In this document: piece by piece, positions 28,919 to 39,904 of the stretch
Position numbering within the stretch: position 1 is the stretch's first letter
Layout: the number at the start of each line of letters is the position of its first letter
Virus record (IMG/VR): IMGVR_UViG_3300028886_000051
DNA: 64,000 nt
Reading direction: 5' to 3' (one strand)
From: a virus
Taxonomy: Duplodnaviria; Caudoviricetes
Translations under genes and position numbers: made by a program
The notes under the pieces: generated by a model
Told to the model about the DNA's origin: nothing
Seen by the model: only the letters and a program-made list of their open reading frames with translations
The model's database searches: none

Positions 28919-29968
28919 ATGGACTTTTTCTTGACAGGAAATAAAAAGAAAAATGGTAATAATAAATATGTTGAGGTCGAATGTTCTGTATGCAGTTATA
29001 AAAAATGGCAGAAAGAAAGATGTCTCGACCTTAACAAGCCATGCAATAGACTTAAACATTTACGCCCTGACTTGGCATGTTTATTGGACGATACCGAAGA
29101 TGATTTTCAATATACTCCAAAATCTCATAAAATAGCTCGATGGAAATGTCCTTGTTGTAATACAAAATTCAATAGAACAGTATCAACAGTTACCACCAGA
29201 GGGTTTAACTGTCCTGTTTGTAGTGTTGGAATATCATTTCCGAACAGAATGATGTATGAGATATTAAAACAGTTAAATGTAGTATTCCATAGAGAATATG
29301 AATTTAGTTGGGCAAAGAAGAAGTATTATGATTTCTATATAGAAGAAATAAATACTATTATTGAAATGCACGGACAACAGCATTATGCCGACTGCAAAAA
29401 CTCACGTTGGGGAAAATCTTTTGAAGATATTAACAAAAATGATTTATTAAAAAGAGAGTTGGCTTTAAATAATGGAATAGAAAACTATATCGTAATAGAT
29501 GCTAGTATTTCAGAATATGATTATATTTTTGAAAATATCAAAAATAGCGAATTATCAAAGCTCTACTGTGTATCAGATATAGATAAAACCGTAATACTTC
29601 ATAAAATATATTCTAATGATTTTGTAAAAGAAATTATTAGATTATGGGAGTCAGGAGAAACAATTAAAAATATTGCGAAGGATGTAGGGCTATTTCATAC
29701 AACTGTGAAAAATATTATAAAAAATGCAGCATTAGGTGGTTTAACATTTTATGATCCTAATATAGAGATAAAAAAGAATAATAAAAGAATTGGACTATTT
29801 AATGAAAAAAGAATTGTTTGTCTTAATGATAATGTTGAACATAAGTCTATTGTAGCTGCTTCACAATATTATTGTATTAATACAAAACCAATAAATGACT
29901 GTCTTAAAGGGAGAACAAAATATTGTAAGTGTAAAAATGGAGAAAGGTTGGTATTTGAATATGCCTGA
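28919..29968 (+). CDS. Free-standing homing endonuclease-like protein (Zn ribbon + PD-(D/E)XK-like + NUMOD1-like)
   Basis: WKCPCC..CPVC, YDFYI...IIEMHGQQH, C-terminal SIVAAS...INDCLKG. Confidence 0.75.
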   Translation: MDFFLTGNKKKNGNNKYVEVECSVCSYKKWQKERCLDLNKPCNRLKHLRPDLACLLDDTEDDFQYTPKSHKIARWKCPCCNTKFNRTVSTVTTRGFNCPVCSVGISFPNRMMYEILKQLNVVFHREYEFSWAKKKYYDFYIEEINTIIEMHGQQHYADCKNSRWGKSFEDINKNDLLKRELALNNGIENYIVIDASISEYDYIFENIKNSELSKLYCVSDIDKTVILHKIYSNDFVKEIIRLWESGETIKNIAKDVGLFHTTVKNIIKNAALGGLTFYDPNIEIKKNNKRIGLFNEKRIVCLNDNVEHKSIVAASQYYCINTKPINDCLKGRTKYCKCKNGERLVFEYA

Positions 29969-30311
29969 AGAAAAATCATTTAAATGTGCATATAAATATT
30001 GTTTACACCACGGACAAAAGGTTAAAGCCTCTGAGTCCGTGGTAATAAACAAGAAACATTACCATTGGGATTGTGCAGGTATGAAACAAGAAATTAAAGA
30101 CTGTGTAGATGCTTATATGGATTGTATAGAAGATAAAACACAGTTCCCTATTGCATGTAGAGCAATAAACACAATGGTTTTTAAAAACAAAGTACCTATA
30201 GAGTTCATCAGAAAAAATATTGAATCATCGAAATTATATTATTCAACAAAACCTGTTCAGATTCTATATGGGCTTAGAAAGTTATTTTACGAAAAAGAAT
30301 TTAAAGCATAG
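29961..30311 (+). CDS. Hypothetical Zn-binding replication-region protein
   Basis: CAYKYC...HWDC; upstream of primase-helicase. Confidence 0.6.
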   Translation: MPEEKSFKCAYKYCLHHGQKVKASESVVINKKHYHWDCAGMKQEIKDCVDAYMDCIEDKTQFPIACRAINTMVFKNKVPIEFIRKNIESSKLYYSTKPVQILYGLRKLFYEKEFKA

Positions 30312-30322
30312 GCGGTGAGCAA

Positions 30323-32239
30323 TTGCTAATCGAAAAAACTGACATCGAAAAAGCTAAAGATAAACTTGGCGATAATAATGCCTTTTTAATGGCAGAACTA
30401 CTTGAATTAGAAAATTTTGATGACAAAAATCTGAAAGCCTGTTGTCCTTATCATAACGAGGATACTGCAAGCTTTATATATAACAAAAAAAATAAGACTT
30501 TTCATTGTTTTGGATGTAATAAAACGGTAGATATTATTGATGTCTTAATGGAAAAAGGAAATACATTCTTAGAAGCCGCCAAGTATCTATTCGAGAAGGC
30601 TGGTATCGAATACAGTTTTGGTGAAAAGGATGTAAGAACTCGTCACAATTATAGATATCCGCATGAAGAACCAATAAATGAAAAAGAGCATGTAGTTGAA
30701 TATTGGGGAAAACGTGGTATTTCAAAAAATGTAATCGACTATTTGGATATTCGAGAAGATTCGCATGGTAATGGCGTATTTAACTTTTATGATACAAACG
30801 ATGTTTTGACAATGGTTAAGTATAGACCTGCAAGAACAGTTGAAAAACATTCTGGTCAGCCTAAAACATGGTGTCAAAAAGACGCTGATACATCATCACT
30901 TTTGTTCAATATGAATAGAGTTAATACGTCAAAACCATTACTTATAACAGAAGGCGAGACAGACTGTGCGAGTGCTATTGAGGCAGGATATATCAATACA
31001 GTAAGTGTCCCTCTTGGGGCTGGCAATCTTCATTGGATTGAAGAAAATTGGGATTGGTTAAACAATTTTGATTCTATTATTATCTGGTCTGACAACGATG
31101 ATCCAGGTATTAAGATGAGAAAAGAATGTATTTATCGTCTTGGTACGTGGCGAACAAAATATATATCAACACCTGAATTCCTTGAAAAGGAGAACGGTAA
31201 GAGAGTTCCACTAAAGGATATCAATGATTGTTTACAAGTTGGAGGAAAAGAATTTGTTATGAATCTTATTTCAGAAGCAAAGGATGTTCCTGTAAAAAGT
31301 GTTGTTGATTATTCAGAGATTGAGGAGCTTGATATTTCTCAGATGGATGGCGTGAAAACTGGTATTAAACCATTAGACGATGAGTTGTTAAAAATCTTCT
31401 ATGGAACATTGACGGTATTATCAGGAAGACCTGGTAGTGGTAAGACGAGTATTATTGATCAGACAATAGCAAGAACTATTGATGATGGTAGTCCTGTATT
31501 TTTGTTTAGCAAGGAAATGCCTGAAAGAATGAGTGCAAACTGGTTCAATACAATTATTGCTGGCAGAAGAAATATGGTCGAAAGGACAAGCCGAGATAAC
31601 CGTAAATATTACATAGTTCCACAAGCAATACAAAAGAAAATGCAAGCACATTATAATAAGAAGCTTTTCATTTACAGAGATGATGAGCCAAATGATGTAG
31701 ACTCAGTTTTAAAATCTGCTGAAGAATGTGTTAGAAAGTTTGGGTGCAAGCTGATTGTACTTGATAATCTTATGATGATTGACTTGAATTGTTCTGAAAG
31801 TGACAAAAATACGGCACAAACAAATCTGATAAATGCACTTATTAAGTTTGCTGCTAAATTTAATGTAGCTGTTGTTCTGATAGCACATCCGAGAAAAACA
31901 CAAGATACAAATTCTGATATTGAAATGTATGACATATCTGGTACTTCTAATATTATCAATCTTGCTATGAGATCCATAGGTCTTAGAAGAGTTTCCAAAA
32001 AAGAGAAAAATGATCCGAAATCTAAATGGCATAACTACGATGTGGTTTTAACTGTTATAAAGGACAGATTGCTTGGTAAGGCAGATTTCCAGATGGGATT
32101 ATGGTATGACCTGACATCACGTAGATTTTATACAGATTACGATGAATATGACGCAAAATTTGCATGGGATGACAATGTATATACAGATAAGCTTCCGTAT
32201 GTTGATAGAAACATAGATAACACATTTCCAGACAAATAA
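30323..32239 (+). CDS. Primase-helicase (T7 gp4/Twinkle-like)
   Basis: CHC2 Zn finger, TOPRIM ITEGETD and DNDDPG, Walker A GRPGSGKT, LDNL, IAHPRK. Confidence 0.9.
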   Translation: MLIEKTDIEKAKDKLGDNNAFLMAELLELENFDDKNLKACCPYHNEDTASFIYNKKNKTFHCFGCNKTVDIIDVLMEKGNTFLEAAKYLFEKAGIEYSFGEKDVRTRHNYRYPHEEPINEKEHVVEYWGKRGISKNVIDYLDIREDSHGNGVFNFYDTNDVLTMVKYRPARTVEKHSGQPKTWCQKDADTSSLLFNMNRVNTSKPLLITEGETDCASAIEAGYINTVSVPLGAGNLHWIEENWDWLNNFDSIIIWSDNDDPGIKMRKECIYRLGTWRTKYISTPEFLEKENGKRVPLKDINDCLQVGGKEFVMNLISEAKDVPVKSVVDYSEIEELDISQMDGVKTGIKPLDDELLKIFYGTLTVLSGRPGSGKTSIIDQTIARTIDDGSPVFLFSKEMPERMSANWFNTIIAGRRNMVERTSRDNRKYYIVPQAIQKKMQAHYNKKLFIYRDDEPNDVDSVLKSAEECVRKFGCKLIVLDNLMMIDLNCSESDKNTAQTNLINALIKFAAKFNVAVVLIAHPRKTQDTNSDIEMYDISGTSNIINLAMRSIGLRRVSKKEKNDPKSKWHNYDVVLTVIKDRLLGKADFQMGLWYDLTSRRFYTDYDEYDAKFAWDDNVYTDKLPYVDRNIDNTFPDK

Positions 32240-32253
32240 GGAGAATAATTATT

Positions 32254-33108
32254 ATGATGGATGAAGAATTAGATTTTTTATTAGATACAATGACATGGAG
32301 TTTTTCAAGGCTGAATTCATTTTATAATTGTCCGCACGAATGGTACGAGAGATATGTAATGTGTCAAAAAGGAGAAAATGGTTTTTTCGGAGAATTTGGT
32401 GGCTGTTGCCATAAGATTCTTGAAAGATATGAAAAGGGCGAGATTTCACTTTTTGAAATCAGTCAAGAATATGAAAAATTATTTTCTGAAATGGTGGTGC
32501 ATGATGCACCACCTAATAAATATGTAGACATAAAACAATCGTATTTTGATAAAGGATTAGATTATTTTGACAATATAGATTTAGACCTTGAAAACTTTGA
32601 AATATTAGGAGTTGAAAAAGAGGTTAAGTTTAAGATTGCTGACAAAGATTTTATTGGATATATTGATTTACTTATAAGAGAAAAAAGTACAGGAAAAATT
32701 ATTATTTTAGATCATAAGAGTGCGTCTATAAAATTTTTGAAAAATGGAAATATAAGTAAATCTGATAAGCCACATGTCAGAGAATTTATCAGACAACTTT
32801 GTTTATATGCAAAACCTGTGCTAGAAGAATATGGACATGTTGATGAGTTATGGTGGAACTTATTCAAGGATAAAAATTGGTTAAAAATTCCATTTAAAAA
32901 AGAAGATTATAATGAAGCAATAAAATGGGCAGAAGATACTATAAAGTTAATTGAGAATGAAACAGAGTTTCCATGTAATCCAGATACATATTATTGTTGG
33001 AATTTATGCTCACAGAGAAATAATGCCTGCCCATATAAGCCACAGTTTGCAACTAAAAAGAAAGAAGATAATAGACAATACAATCCAGAGGAAAATAGAT
33101 TTGAGTAA
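32254..33108 (+). CDS. PD-(D/E)XK (RecB/Cas4-like) nuclease
   Basis: WSFSRLNSFYNCP, GYIDL, LDHKS, QLCLYA, C-terminal Cys cluster. Confidence 0.85.
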   Translation: MMDEELDFLLDTMTWSFSRLNSFYNCPHEWYERYVMCQKGENGFFGEFGGCCHKILERYEKGEISLFEISQEYEKLFSEMVVHDAPPNKYVDIKQSYFDKGLDYFDNIDLDLENFEILGVEKEVKFKIADKDFIGYIDLLIREKSTGKIIILDHKSASIKFLKNGNISKSDKPHVREFIRQLCLYAKPVLEEYGHVDELWWNLFKDKNWLKIPFKKEDYNEAIKWAEDTIKLIENETEFPCNPDTYYCWNLCSQRNNACPYKPQFATKKKEDNRQYNPEENRFE

Positions 33109-34000
33109 AAGAAAGTGGACAAAAGAAGAAGACAAAATTTTAGAAGAAGGTTGTATCTTAGGCAAGACATCAAAAGAAATAAGTAATGATTTGACTGAAA
33201 GAACGTACAACGCTGTTGATTTAAGAATAAGATATTTAGGATTAAATAAAATATACAATCGTTCAAAGTTAAATGATCTAACAGGAAAAATGTTTGGAAA
33301 TTGGAAAGTCTTACATAGAATTGATGATTACATTAGCCCTTCTGGGTATCATCAAACTCAATATATATGCGAGTGTCAATGTATAAATAAAACTTTAAGA
33401 CCACAATTGGCAATTAACCTGACAAGAGGAAAGACTAAATCGTGTGGTTGTTTATTAGGGGAAAACATAAGTGAAAGCAAGAAATCGTCTAATACATTTG
33501 ACTTATCTGGTGGATATGGGATTGGATATACAGAAAATGGCGAAGAATTTTATTTTGACAAAGAAGATTACGATTTAATCAAAGAATATAAATGGCATTT
33601 AGATAAATCTGGATATGTAGTAGCCTGTGTTAAAGGAACAACAATTAAAATGCACAGAATAGTTATGGGCGTAACCGATTCTAATATTCAGGTAGATCAC
33701 ATTAAGCATAGAGTGAATGATAATAGAAAGGCAATGCTTCGTTTAGTTAATCAAGTTAATAATTCAAGAAATAAAAGACTTTTAGATTCAAATACAAGCG
33801 GTAGTACAGGAGTCTATTTTAATAGGAAAAGGAATAGGTGGATAGCACAAATTTGTTGTAATGGTAAGGTTGATGTTATAGGTTCTTTTATTAACAAAAA
33901 AGATGCTATTGAAGCAAGAAAAATAGCAGAAGAAGAATACTTTGGAGAATATTCATATCGTAATTCTAGGAGGTGTTTTCATGGATATGAAAATCATTAA
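33101..34000 (+). CDS. HNH homing endonuclease with AP2 domain
   Basis: MHRIVM...VDHIKH...DNRK..LR; NTSGSTGV...W.AQI AP2 motif. Confidence 0.85.
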   Translation: MSKRKWTKEEDKILEEGCILGKTSKEISNDLTERTYNAVDLRIRYLGLNKIYNRSKLNDLTGKMFGNWKVLHRIDDYISPSGYHQTQYICECQCINKTLRPQLAINLTRGKTKSCGCLLGENISESKKSSNTFDLSGGYGIGYTENGEEFYFDKEDYDLIKEYKWHLDKSGYVVACVKGTTIKMHRIVMGVTDSNIQVDHIKHRVNDNRKAMLRLVNQVNNSRNKRLLDSNTSGSTGVYFNRKRNRWIAQICCNGKVDVIGSFINKKDAIEARKIAEEEYFGEYSYRNSRRCFHGYENH

Positions 34001-34250
34001 AAGTGAAAAGAGAATATGTTCATGTTGTATGGAAGAACATGAAGTGAAAACAGTTCTAGTTATGAATCATGCTACTTTTAAGAACTGTACAGTTGATTAT
34101 GAAGCAACATATCTGTTTTGTGAATTAGCAGAAGAACTTTATATGGATGAGCAGCAGATGCAGGACAATGACATAAGATTAAAAGATGCATATAGAAAAA
34201 AAGAAGGACTTTTGACATCTTCTGATATTATTGGAATTCGTGCAAAGTGA
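33981..34250 (+). pseudogene. Truncated MqsA-like antitoxin N-terminus
   Basis: CSCCMEEH...YRKKEGLLTSSDIIGIRAK stops where the HTH would begin. Confidence 0.55.
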
Positions 34251-34287
34251 TGAATTTTTATCTAAAAAATGAGTAGGAGGTGATATT

Positions 34288-37200
34288 ATCAGTAACTATA
34301 CAGTATATCATTTACATACAGAAGATTCTTTACTAGATAGTTGTACAAATTATAAGTTATATGTAGATAGAGCAGTAGAACTTGGACAGAAGGCTATTTG
34401 TTTTTCGGAGCATGGCAATATTTACAATAATATTGAGAAGAAGATGTATGCAAATAGCAAAGGTTTAAAATATCTACATGGCGTTGAGGTTTATTTGACA
34501 GCAGCACTTGAACCGAAACAAAGAGATAACTACCATACAATTCTTATAGCAAAGAATTTTGAAGGTGTAAAAGAAATAAACACATTGGTTGACTTGTCTA
34601 CACAATCAGACCATATGTACTATAAGCCAAGAATTACATTCGATGAATTTTTCAATATCTCTGATAATGTTATTAAAATTTCTGCATGTCTTGCATCTCC
34701 ATTGAGTAAATATCCTAATTTTATTGGAAAATTGGTTGATGAAAAAATAGTTGAATTAGAAAAAAATAAAGAAACAGAAGCTAACAAACTTTATACAGAA
34801 CTAAATTCAGAAGCTGCAAGAAATCAGTGGATTGAAGATAACACAATTATTCATAACACATCTTATGAAATATATGTAGAACAATGTATTGAAAAATCCA
34901 ATAATGCATTTGATTTACAGATAGAAGAAGCAAAATCAGAATTGGAAAATGCAAAGATTGTATATGACAAACTGATGAAAACATATGACTATTATGAAAT
35001 TCAGCCGCATGTTAAGTCTATGGATCAGATTCGATATAACAAAATGCTTTATGAGGCATCAAAAAAATATAACAAGCCTTTAATAGCAGGAACAGATACA
35101 CATAGTATTGATAGTTACAAGGCTGAGTGTAGGAGTATTCTTCAGAAAGCAAAACATATTGAGTTTTCAAACGAAGATGAATTTGACCTTACATATAAAT
35201 CGTATGACGAGTTAGTTGATATGTTCAAACAGCAAGGCTCTTTACCTATGAATGTTGTGTTGGAAGCTATCAAGAACACTAACCGCATGGCTGATTCTGT
35301 TACAGATTACGAATTAGATACAGCTTTTAAATATCCGATTCTCTATGACAATGAAGAAGAGGTATTTGTAGAGCGTATCTATAGAATGTATCATGAAAAG
35401 CTTGATAAAGGAATTATTCAACCAGATCCACGATATGAGGAGAATATAAAAGAAGAACTTCGAGTATTTAAGAAGATTGGTATGGTTGGATTCATGCTTT
35501 TCATGTCAGAATTGGTATGTTGGTGTTGGGATAATGGTATACCAATTGGTTTTTGTAGAGGTTCTGTTGGTGGTTCAACTATTGCATATTTAACAGATAT
35601 TATTGATGTAAACCCTGTAGTATGGAATACGGTGTTCTCTCGATTTGCCAATGAGGATAGAAAAGAGATTGGTGATATTGATTTGGATATTGCACCATCA
35701 CAAAGACATTTAGTATATGAGCATATCATTGAAAAGTTTGGTGCTGATAAAACAGCTTATGTGTTGGCTATCGGCACGATTTCTGACAAAGGTACTATTG
35801 ATGAGATTGGACGAGCTTTGAATATGCCACTTGGAGATGTCAAGCAAGTAAAAGCTCAGTATTCATTATTTACTGATGGTATTACTGATTGCAATGACAA
35901 GATTAAGAAAATTGAATCTATTGATGGATATGAAAATAATGAAAAGTGCTTAAAAGACTTGGAAGAACTTAGAAGTAAACTTGAGTATAACGAAAAGTCT
36001 TTGAAGGACTTAAAAGAAAAACAATATCCTAAGTTATTCTATTATTTTGACGGTCTTGTAGGAACTGCAATTTCTCAGTCGATGCATCCAGCAGGTATTA
36101 TTGTAAGTCCAGTAACACTACCTGATAATTATGGAACATTCTGGTCTAAGGATGGTAAACGTATTTTGAGTATCAATATGGAAGAAATTCACGAAGTTTC
36201 CCTCGTAAAATACGATTTGCTTGGTCTAAAAAACATAGAAATTATCAAAGATACATGTGAATTAGCACATATTCCGTATCCGAAATCCCATACAGTCAAT
36301 TGGAATGATGAAAAGGTTTGGGCGCATATTGCAGATAGTCCAGTAGGCATATTTCAGTTTGAATCAAAGTTTGCCTATGATTCAATGAAAAAGTTTGAAT
36401 GTCATTGCGTAAACGACTTGTCGCTTGTAAACGCTTCAATTAGACCTTCAGGAGAATCATATAGAGATAGGTTATTAGCACATGAACCAAACAAAAATCC
36501 ATCGGAGTTGATTGATAAATTGTTGGAAGATAATCATGGATTCCTTATATTCCAGGAGGACACAATTAAATTCCTTACAAATATTTGTGGTTTGAGTGGT
36601 AGTGATGCTGATAATATTCGTAGAGCTATTGGACGTAAGCAAAAAGATCGTCTTGAAGCTGCGTTACCATCTATTCTTGAAGGATATTGTAATATGTCCT
36701 CTCAGCCTAGAGAAATTGCAGAAAAAGAAGCACAAGCCTTTTTGAAGATTATAGAGGACAGCTCTAATTACCAGTTTGGTTTTAACCATTCAACAGGATA
36801 CTCAATGATTGGTTATATGTGTGCTTATCTCAGATATTATTATCCAAAAGAATTTATTACTGCGTATCTAAATAATGCCAATAATGAAGATGATATTATG
36901 CTTGGTACAGAACTAGCAAAACAACTTGGTATTACAATTCATAGCATCAAATTCAGACATTCTACTGCAAAGTATTCTTGTGATAAAGATGGTATTTACA
37001 AGGGTATTGCTTCTGTAAAGTTCCTAAACGAAGACGCTGCAAATGATTTATATTCCATTAAAGATGAGAAATTTAATACGTTTATTGACTTATTGGTAAG
37101 AATTTCTGACCTCAAAGTTGATAGCAGAAAACTTGAAATCTTGATTAAACTCGATTTCTTTGAAGAATTTGGTGGTATTCGTTATCTACTTACTTGTAGT

Positions 37201-37698
37201 GATTTGTTTTCAAAATATTATGGCAAGAAACAGATGAAGAAGGATAAGGCACTAGAGTATGGACTTGATTTTGATGTACTAAGAGAATGTTCTGGCAAGG
37301 AAACTCAGAAGACGTTTATGGAATTAGATAGTGCAAAACTACTTAATAAACTCTTGCAGAATATCCCAAATGAGAAAACTGATATGCGAACAAAGATTGC
37401 TTATCAGATAGAAAATCTTGGGTATGTAGATATTGTTGATAAAAAGCTGGCAGGTTATTGTGTGGCATTGGATCTCAATGTTGACTATTCTCCACGATTG
37501 AAGCTGTATGCATTGGCAAATGGTAATACAATTCCAGTAAAAATTAGCAAGAAAATATTCAAACAGAATCCTATCAGACGTGGAGATATTGTAAAAGTCA
37601 CGAACCAATATAAAAAACAAAAAATGAAAAAGGTTGATGGTGAATGGCAAGAAACAGATGAGCAAGAATGGTGGGTTTCTGAGTACCAAATTTGTTAG
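34288..37698 (+). CDS. dnaE: DNA polymerase III alpha subunit (phage DnaE); non-AUG start
   Basis: PHP motif HLHTEDSLLDS upstream of the tracked ORF; RGSVGGS, DIDLD, HPAG, KYDLLGL, FNHST. Confidence 0.92.
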   Translation: MSNYTVYHLHTEDSLLDSCTNYKLYVDRAVELGQKAICFSEHGNIYNNIEKKMYANSKGLKYLHGVEVYLTAALEPKQRDNYHTILIAKNFEGVKEINTLVDLSTQSDHMYYKPRITFDEFFNISDNVIKISACLASPLSKYPNFIGKLVDEKIVELEKNKETEANKLYTELNSEAARNQWIEDNTIIHNTSYEIYVEQCIEKSNNAFDLQIEEAKSELENAKIVYDKLMKTYDYYEIQPHVKSMDQIRYNKMLYEASKKYNKPLIAGTDTHSIDSYKAECRSILQKAKHIEFSNEDEFDLTYKSYDELVDMFKQQGSLPMNVVLEAIKNTNRMADSVTDYELDTAFKYPILYDNEEEVFVERIYRMYHEKLDKGIIQPDPRYEENIKEELRVFKKIGMVGFMLFMSELVCWCWDNGIPIGFCRGSVGGSTIAYLTDIIDVNPVVWNTVFSRFANEDRKEIGDIDLDIAPSQRHLVYEHIIEKFGADKTAYVLAIGTISDKGTIDEIGRALNMPLGDVKQVKAQYSLFTDGITDCNDKIKKIESIDGYENNEKCLKDLEELRSKLEYNEKSLKDLKEKQYPKLFYYFDGLVGTAISQSMHPAGIIVSPVTLPDNYGTFWSKDGKRILSINMEEIHEVSLVKYDLLGLKNIEIIKDTCELAHIPYPKSHTVNWNDEKVWAHIADSPVGIFQFESKFAYDSMKKFECHCVNDLSLVNASIRPSGESYRDRLLAHEPNKNPSELIDKLLEDNHGFLIFQEDTIKFLTNICGLSGSDADNIRRAIGRKQKDRLEAALPSILEGYCNMSSQPREIAEKEAQAFLKIIEDSSNYQFGFNHSTGYSMIGYMCAYLRYYYPKEFITAYLNNANNEDDIMLGTELAKQLGITIHSIKFRHSTAKYSCDKDGIYKGIASVKFLNEDAANDLYSIKDEKFNTFIDLLVRISDLKVDSRKLEILIKLDFFEEFGGIRYLLTCSDLFSKYYGKKQMKKDKALEYGLDFDVLRECSGKETQKTFMELDSAKLLNKLLQNIPNEKTDMRTKIAYQIENLGYVDIVDKKLAGYCVALDLNVDYSPRLKLYALANGNTIPVKISKKIFKQNPIRRGDIVKVTNQYKKQKMKKVDGEWQETDEQEWWVSEYQIC

Positions 37699-37707
37699 GA
37701 GATGTAA

Positions 37708-38247
37708 ATGAAACAGTATTATACAGACAAAAAGTATAAAGAATTACTGTCGCACATGGTTGTATTAGTAGACACTCGTGAGAATACTAATAAAAATGTT
37801 ACTGATTGGTTTGATAGGAATAACATCAAATGGAAGTCAAGAGCATTGAAAACAGGTGATTATGGTCTTATGGTTGAGAGTTGCCCTGAATTGGGCTTCT
37901 CAATCGACACCTATTTTAGTGATGAACTTTGTATTGAACGAAAGAATTCCGTAAGTGAGTTGGCTGGTAACATAGCAAATGCAACTAAAGATGATGACAG
38001 AATTTTTAAAGAATTTAATCGAATGATTAATATAGAGAAAAATTATCTTCTTATAGAGAATGACAGCATAGAGGATATTTTTACAGAGAACTATAAATCG
38101 AAATTGAATCCGACATCGTTTTTTAGAACATTGCTTACATGGCAAAGCAGAAATAACATGCACATTTATTTTGTAGAAAGAGAATATATGGGTAGGATGA
38201 TATACGAATTATGTAAAAATTGTTTGGATTCCAAGATATTAAAGTAA
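37708..38247 (+). CDS. ERCC4-domain nuclease
   Basis: VDTRE, GDY, IERKNS. Confidence 0.85.
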   Translation: MKQYYTDKKYKELLSHMVVLVDTRENTNKNVTDWFDRNNIKWKSRALKTGDYGLMVESCPELGFSIDTYFSDELCIERKNSVSELAGNIANATKDDDRIFKEFNRMINIEKNYLLIENDSIEDIFTENYKSKLNPTSFFRTLLTWQSRNNMHIYFVEREYMGRMIYELCKNCLDSKILK

Positions 38248-38257
38248 AGGAGAAAAT

Positions 38258-39013
38258 ATGGACAAGATAAAAATTTTTGAAGGACTATTAAATAAGTTTG
38301 AGACAGATGAGATTAGAGATTATTGTGCTGATATGATTAAGGAAATTCCAGATTATATCTTCACAATTCCAAGTAGTACATCTTTTAAGTATCATAATAA
38401 AACACAGTGTCAGCCACATGGTCAGATTTTTCATATTTTAATGTTTGCAGAAGTAATGAATTATGTTCTTGGATTAGAGTATGTGAAAGAAAAGACTAAT
38501 GAGAGACAGCGAGATTGTTTACGCTGTACACCAATTTTTCATGATGCAATTAAATGTGGGTTAAATGGTTCTCAATATACAGTACATGAACATCCGATGC
38601 TTGCAGGTGAGTGGGTGAGAAATACATCTGTTGAGCATGATGTAGACGCTAATACAAAAGCATATATTGCAAGATTATGTGAGAGTCATTCGGGCGAATG
38701 GACTTCTACAAAGAGAAGTAAGACTGTATTACCAAAGCCTGAAAATGACGAGCAGTTCTTTGTACATATGTGTGATTATTTAGCAAGTAGGTCAAATCTT
38801 GATATGACATATTCTGATGATGTAATTTCTGCATTAGGTGGTGTTGATATTCCAAAGGAAGAGTTACCAGATATTGATTCTTATGTAATTACATTTGGAA
38901 AATATTCAGGAAAGACACTTTCACAAATCAAAGAAATTGATCCTGGTTATATCTCATGGGCAAAAGAAAATATGAGCAGAGAGCCAGTAAGAAGTTTATT
39001 GGCTCAACTATAG
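38258..39013 (+). CDS. HD-domain hydrolase
   Basis: FHDAIK, SHSG, CDYLAS; C-terminal FGKYSGK motif. Confidence 0.8.
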   Translation: MDKIKIFEGLLNKFETDEIRDYCADMIKEIPDYIFTIPSSTSFKYHNKTQCQPHGQIFHILMFAEVMNYVLGLEYVKEKTNERQRDCLRCTPIFHDAIKCGLNGSQYTVHEHPMLAGEWVRNTSVEHDVDANTKAYIARLCESHSGEWTSTKRSKTVLPKPENDEQFFVHMCDYLASRSNLDMTYSDDVISALGGVDIPKEELPDIDSYVITFGKYSGKTLSQIKEIDPGYISWAKENMSREPVRSLLAQL

Positions 39014-39041
39014 AGAATAATACGGTAGGAGATAATAAGCT

Positions 39042-39257
39042 ATGAAAATTTTAACACGATTATTTACGAAAAATCTTACTAAAATTCCTTTGTTGTGGAT
39101 TACATTCAACTGGAAGTTGTTTAAAAAGAATGGTGCAAAAGGTTCTTGTATATGTAATATTCATCCTTGTCTAAAGGATGATGAACACATTATTTCCACT
39201 ATGAATGAACTGTGTGATTATATTAGAGAGAATTACGACATGAAAGGAATTATATAA
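39042..39257 (+). CDS. Hypothetical protein
   Basis: ORF with SD. Confidence 0.6.
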   Translation: MKILTRLFTKNLTKIPLLWITFNWKLFKKNGAKGSCICNIHPCLKDDEHIISTMNELCDYIRENYDMKGII

Positions 39258-39258
39258 C

Positions 39259-39453
39259 ATGAAAATCATTAAACAAGGTGAATTAAAACCTGCCATAAAA
39301 AGAATAACATGTGAGAATTGTGGCACGATTTTTGAAGTAGAAAAGAATGAATGTAATTGCACTTCGCAAATGGGAGTTATGCACGATGGACTTGGTTCTT
39401 ACAACATTAAATGTCCTACATGTAAGGATACACAATATTTTAATTGGAAATAA
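39259..39453 (+). CDS. Small zinc-ribbon protein
   Basis: CENCG...CPTC. Confidence 0.6.
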   Translation: MKIIKQGELKPAIKRITCENCGTIFEVEKNECNCTSQMGVMHDGLGSYNIKCPTCKDTQYFNWK

Positions 39454-39464
39454 GGAGAGAGCAA

Positions 39465-39842
39465 ATGAACAGAGATGAATTATTGAAAAAAGAAATAATG
39501 TCAAAAAAGGATACAATAAAAAATGCGTTCTTGAATCGTCTTACTTATGATAAGTGGGATAAGAAATCGCCTGTTTACGCCTATAATATTGTGCTATCTG
39601 AGTTTGAAAAAATTGATGATGTTGAACGAATTGAATTTTTATTACATCCATTCAATATCACACCATATGTAGTTTACTTTTCAAATAAAGAAGATTTAGA
39701 AGCTTATAAATGGGTTCATGATACTATTGAAAAAGAAATAGATGATAGGATTGCAGAAGGTTTTAAGGATCATATTAGTGATTTTGTTGATTGCAAAGAC
39801 TTATATTCAGGAGACTGTGCAGTATTTGCAGTCAGTCATTAA
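39465..39842 (+). CDS. Hypothetical protein
   Basis: ATG with AAGGAG SD. Confidence 0.6.
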   Translation: MNRDELLKKEIMSKKDTIKNAFLNRLTYDKWDKKSPVYAYNIVLSEFEKIDDVERIEFLLHPFNITPYVVYFSNKEDLEAYKWVHDTIEKEIDDRIAEGFKDHISDFVDCKDLYSGDCAVFAVSH

Positions 39843-39904
39843 AATCCAAGTAAAGACGGATTTCTCGTCCGTCATTTATATGAAATGAAAGAGAGGTATA
39901 AAAT

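Noticed and set aside
34710-36020. Inteins in DnaE (two charged insertions)
   Set aside because: Short helical inserts without intein terminal C/S...HN motifs.
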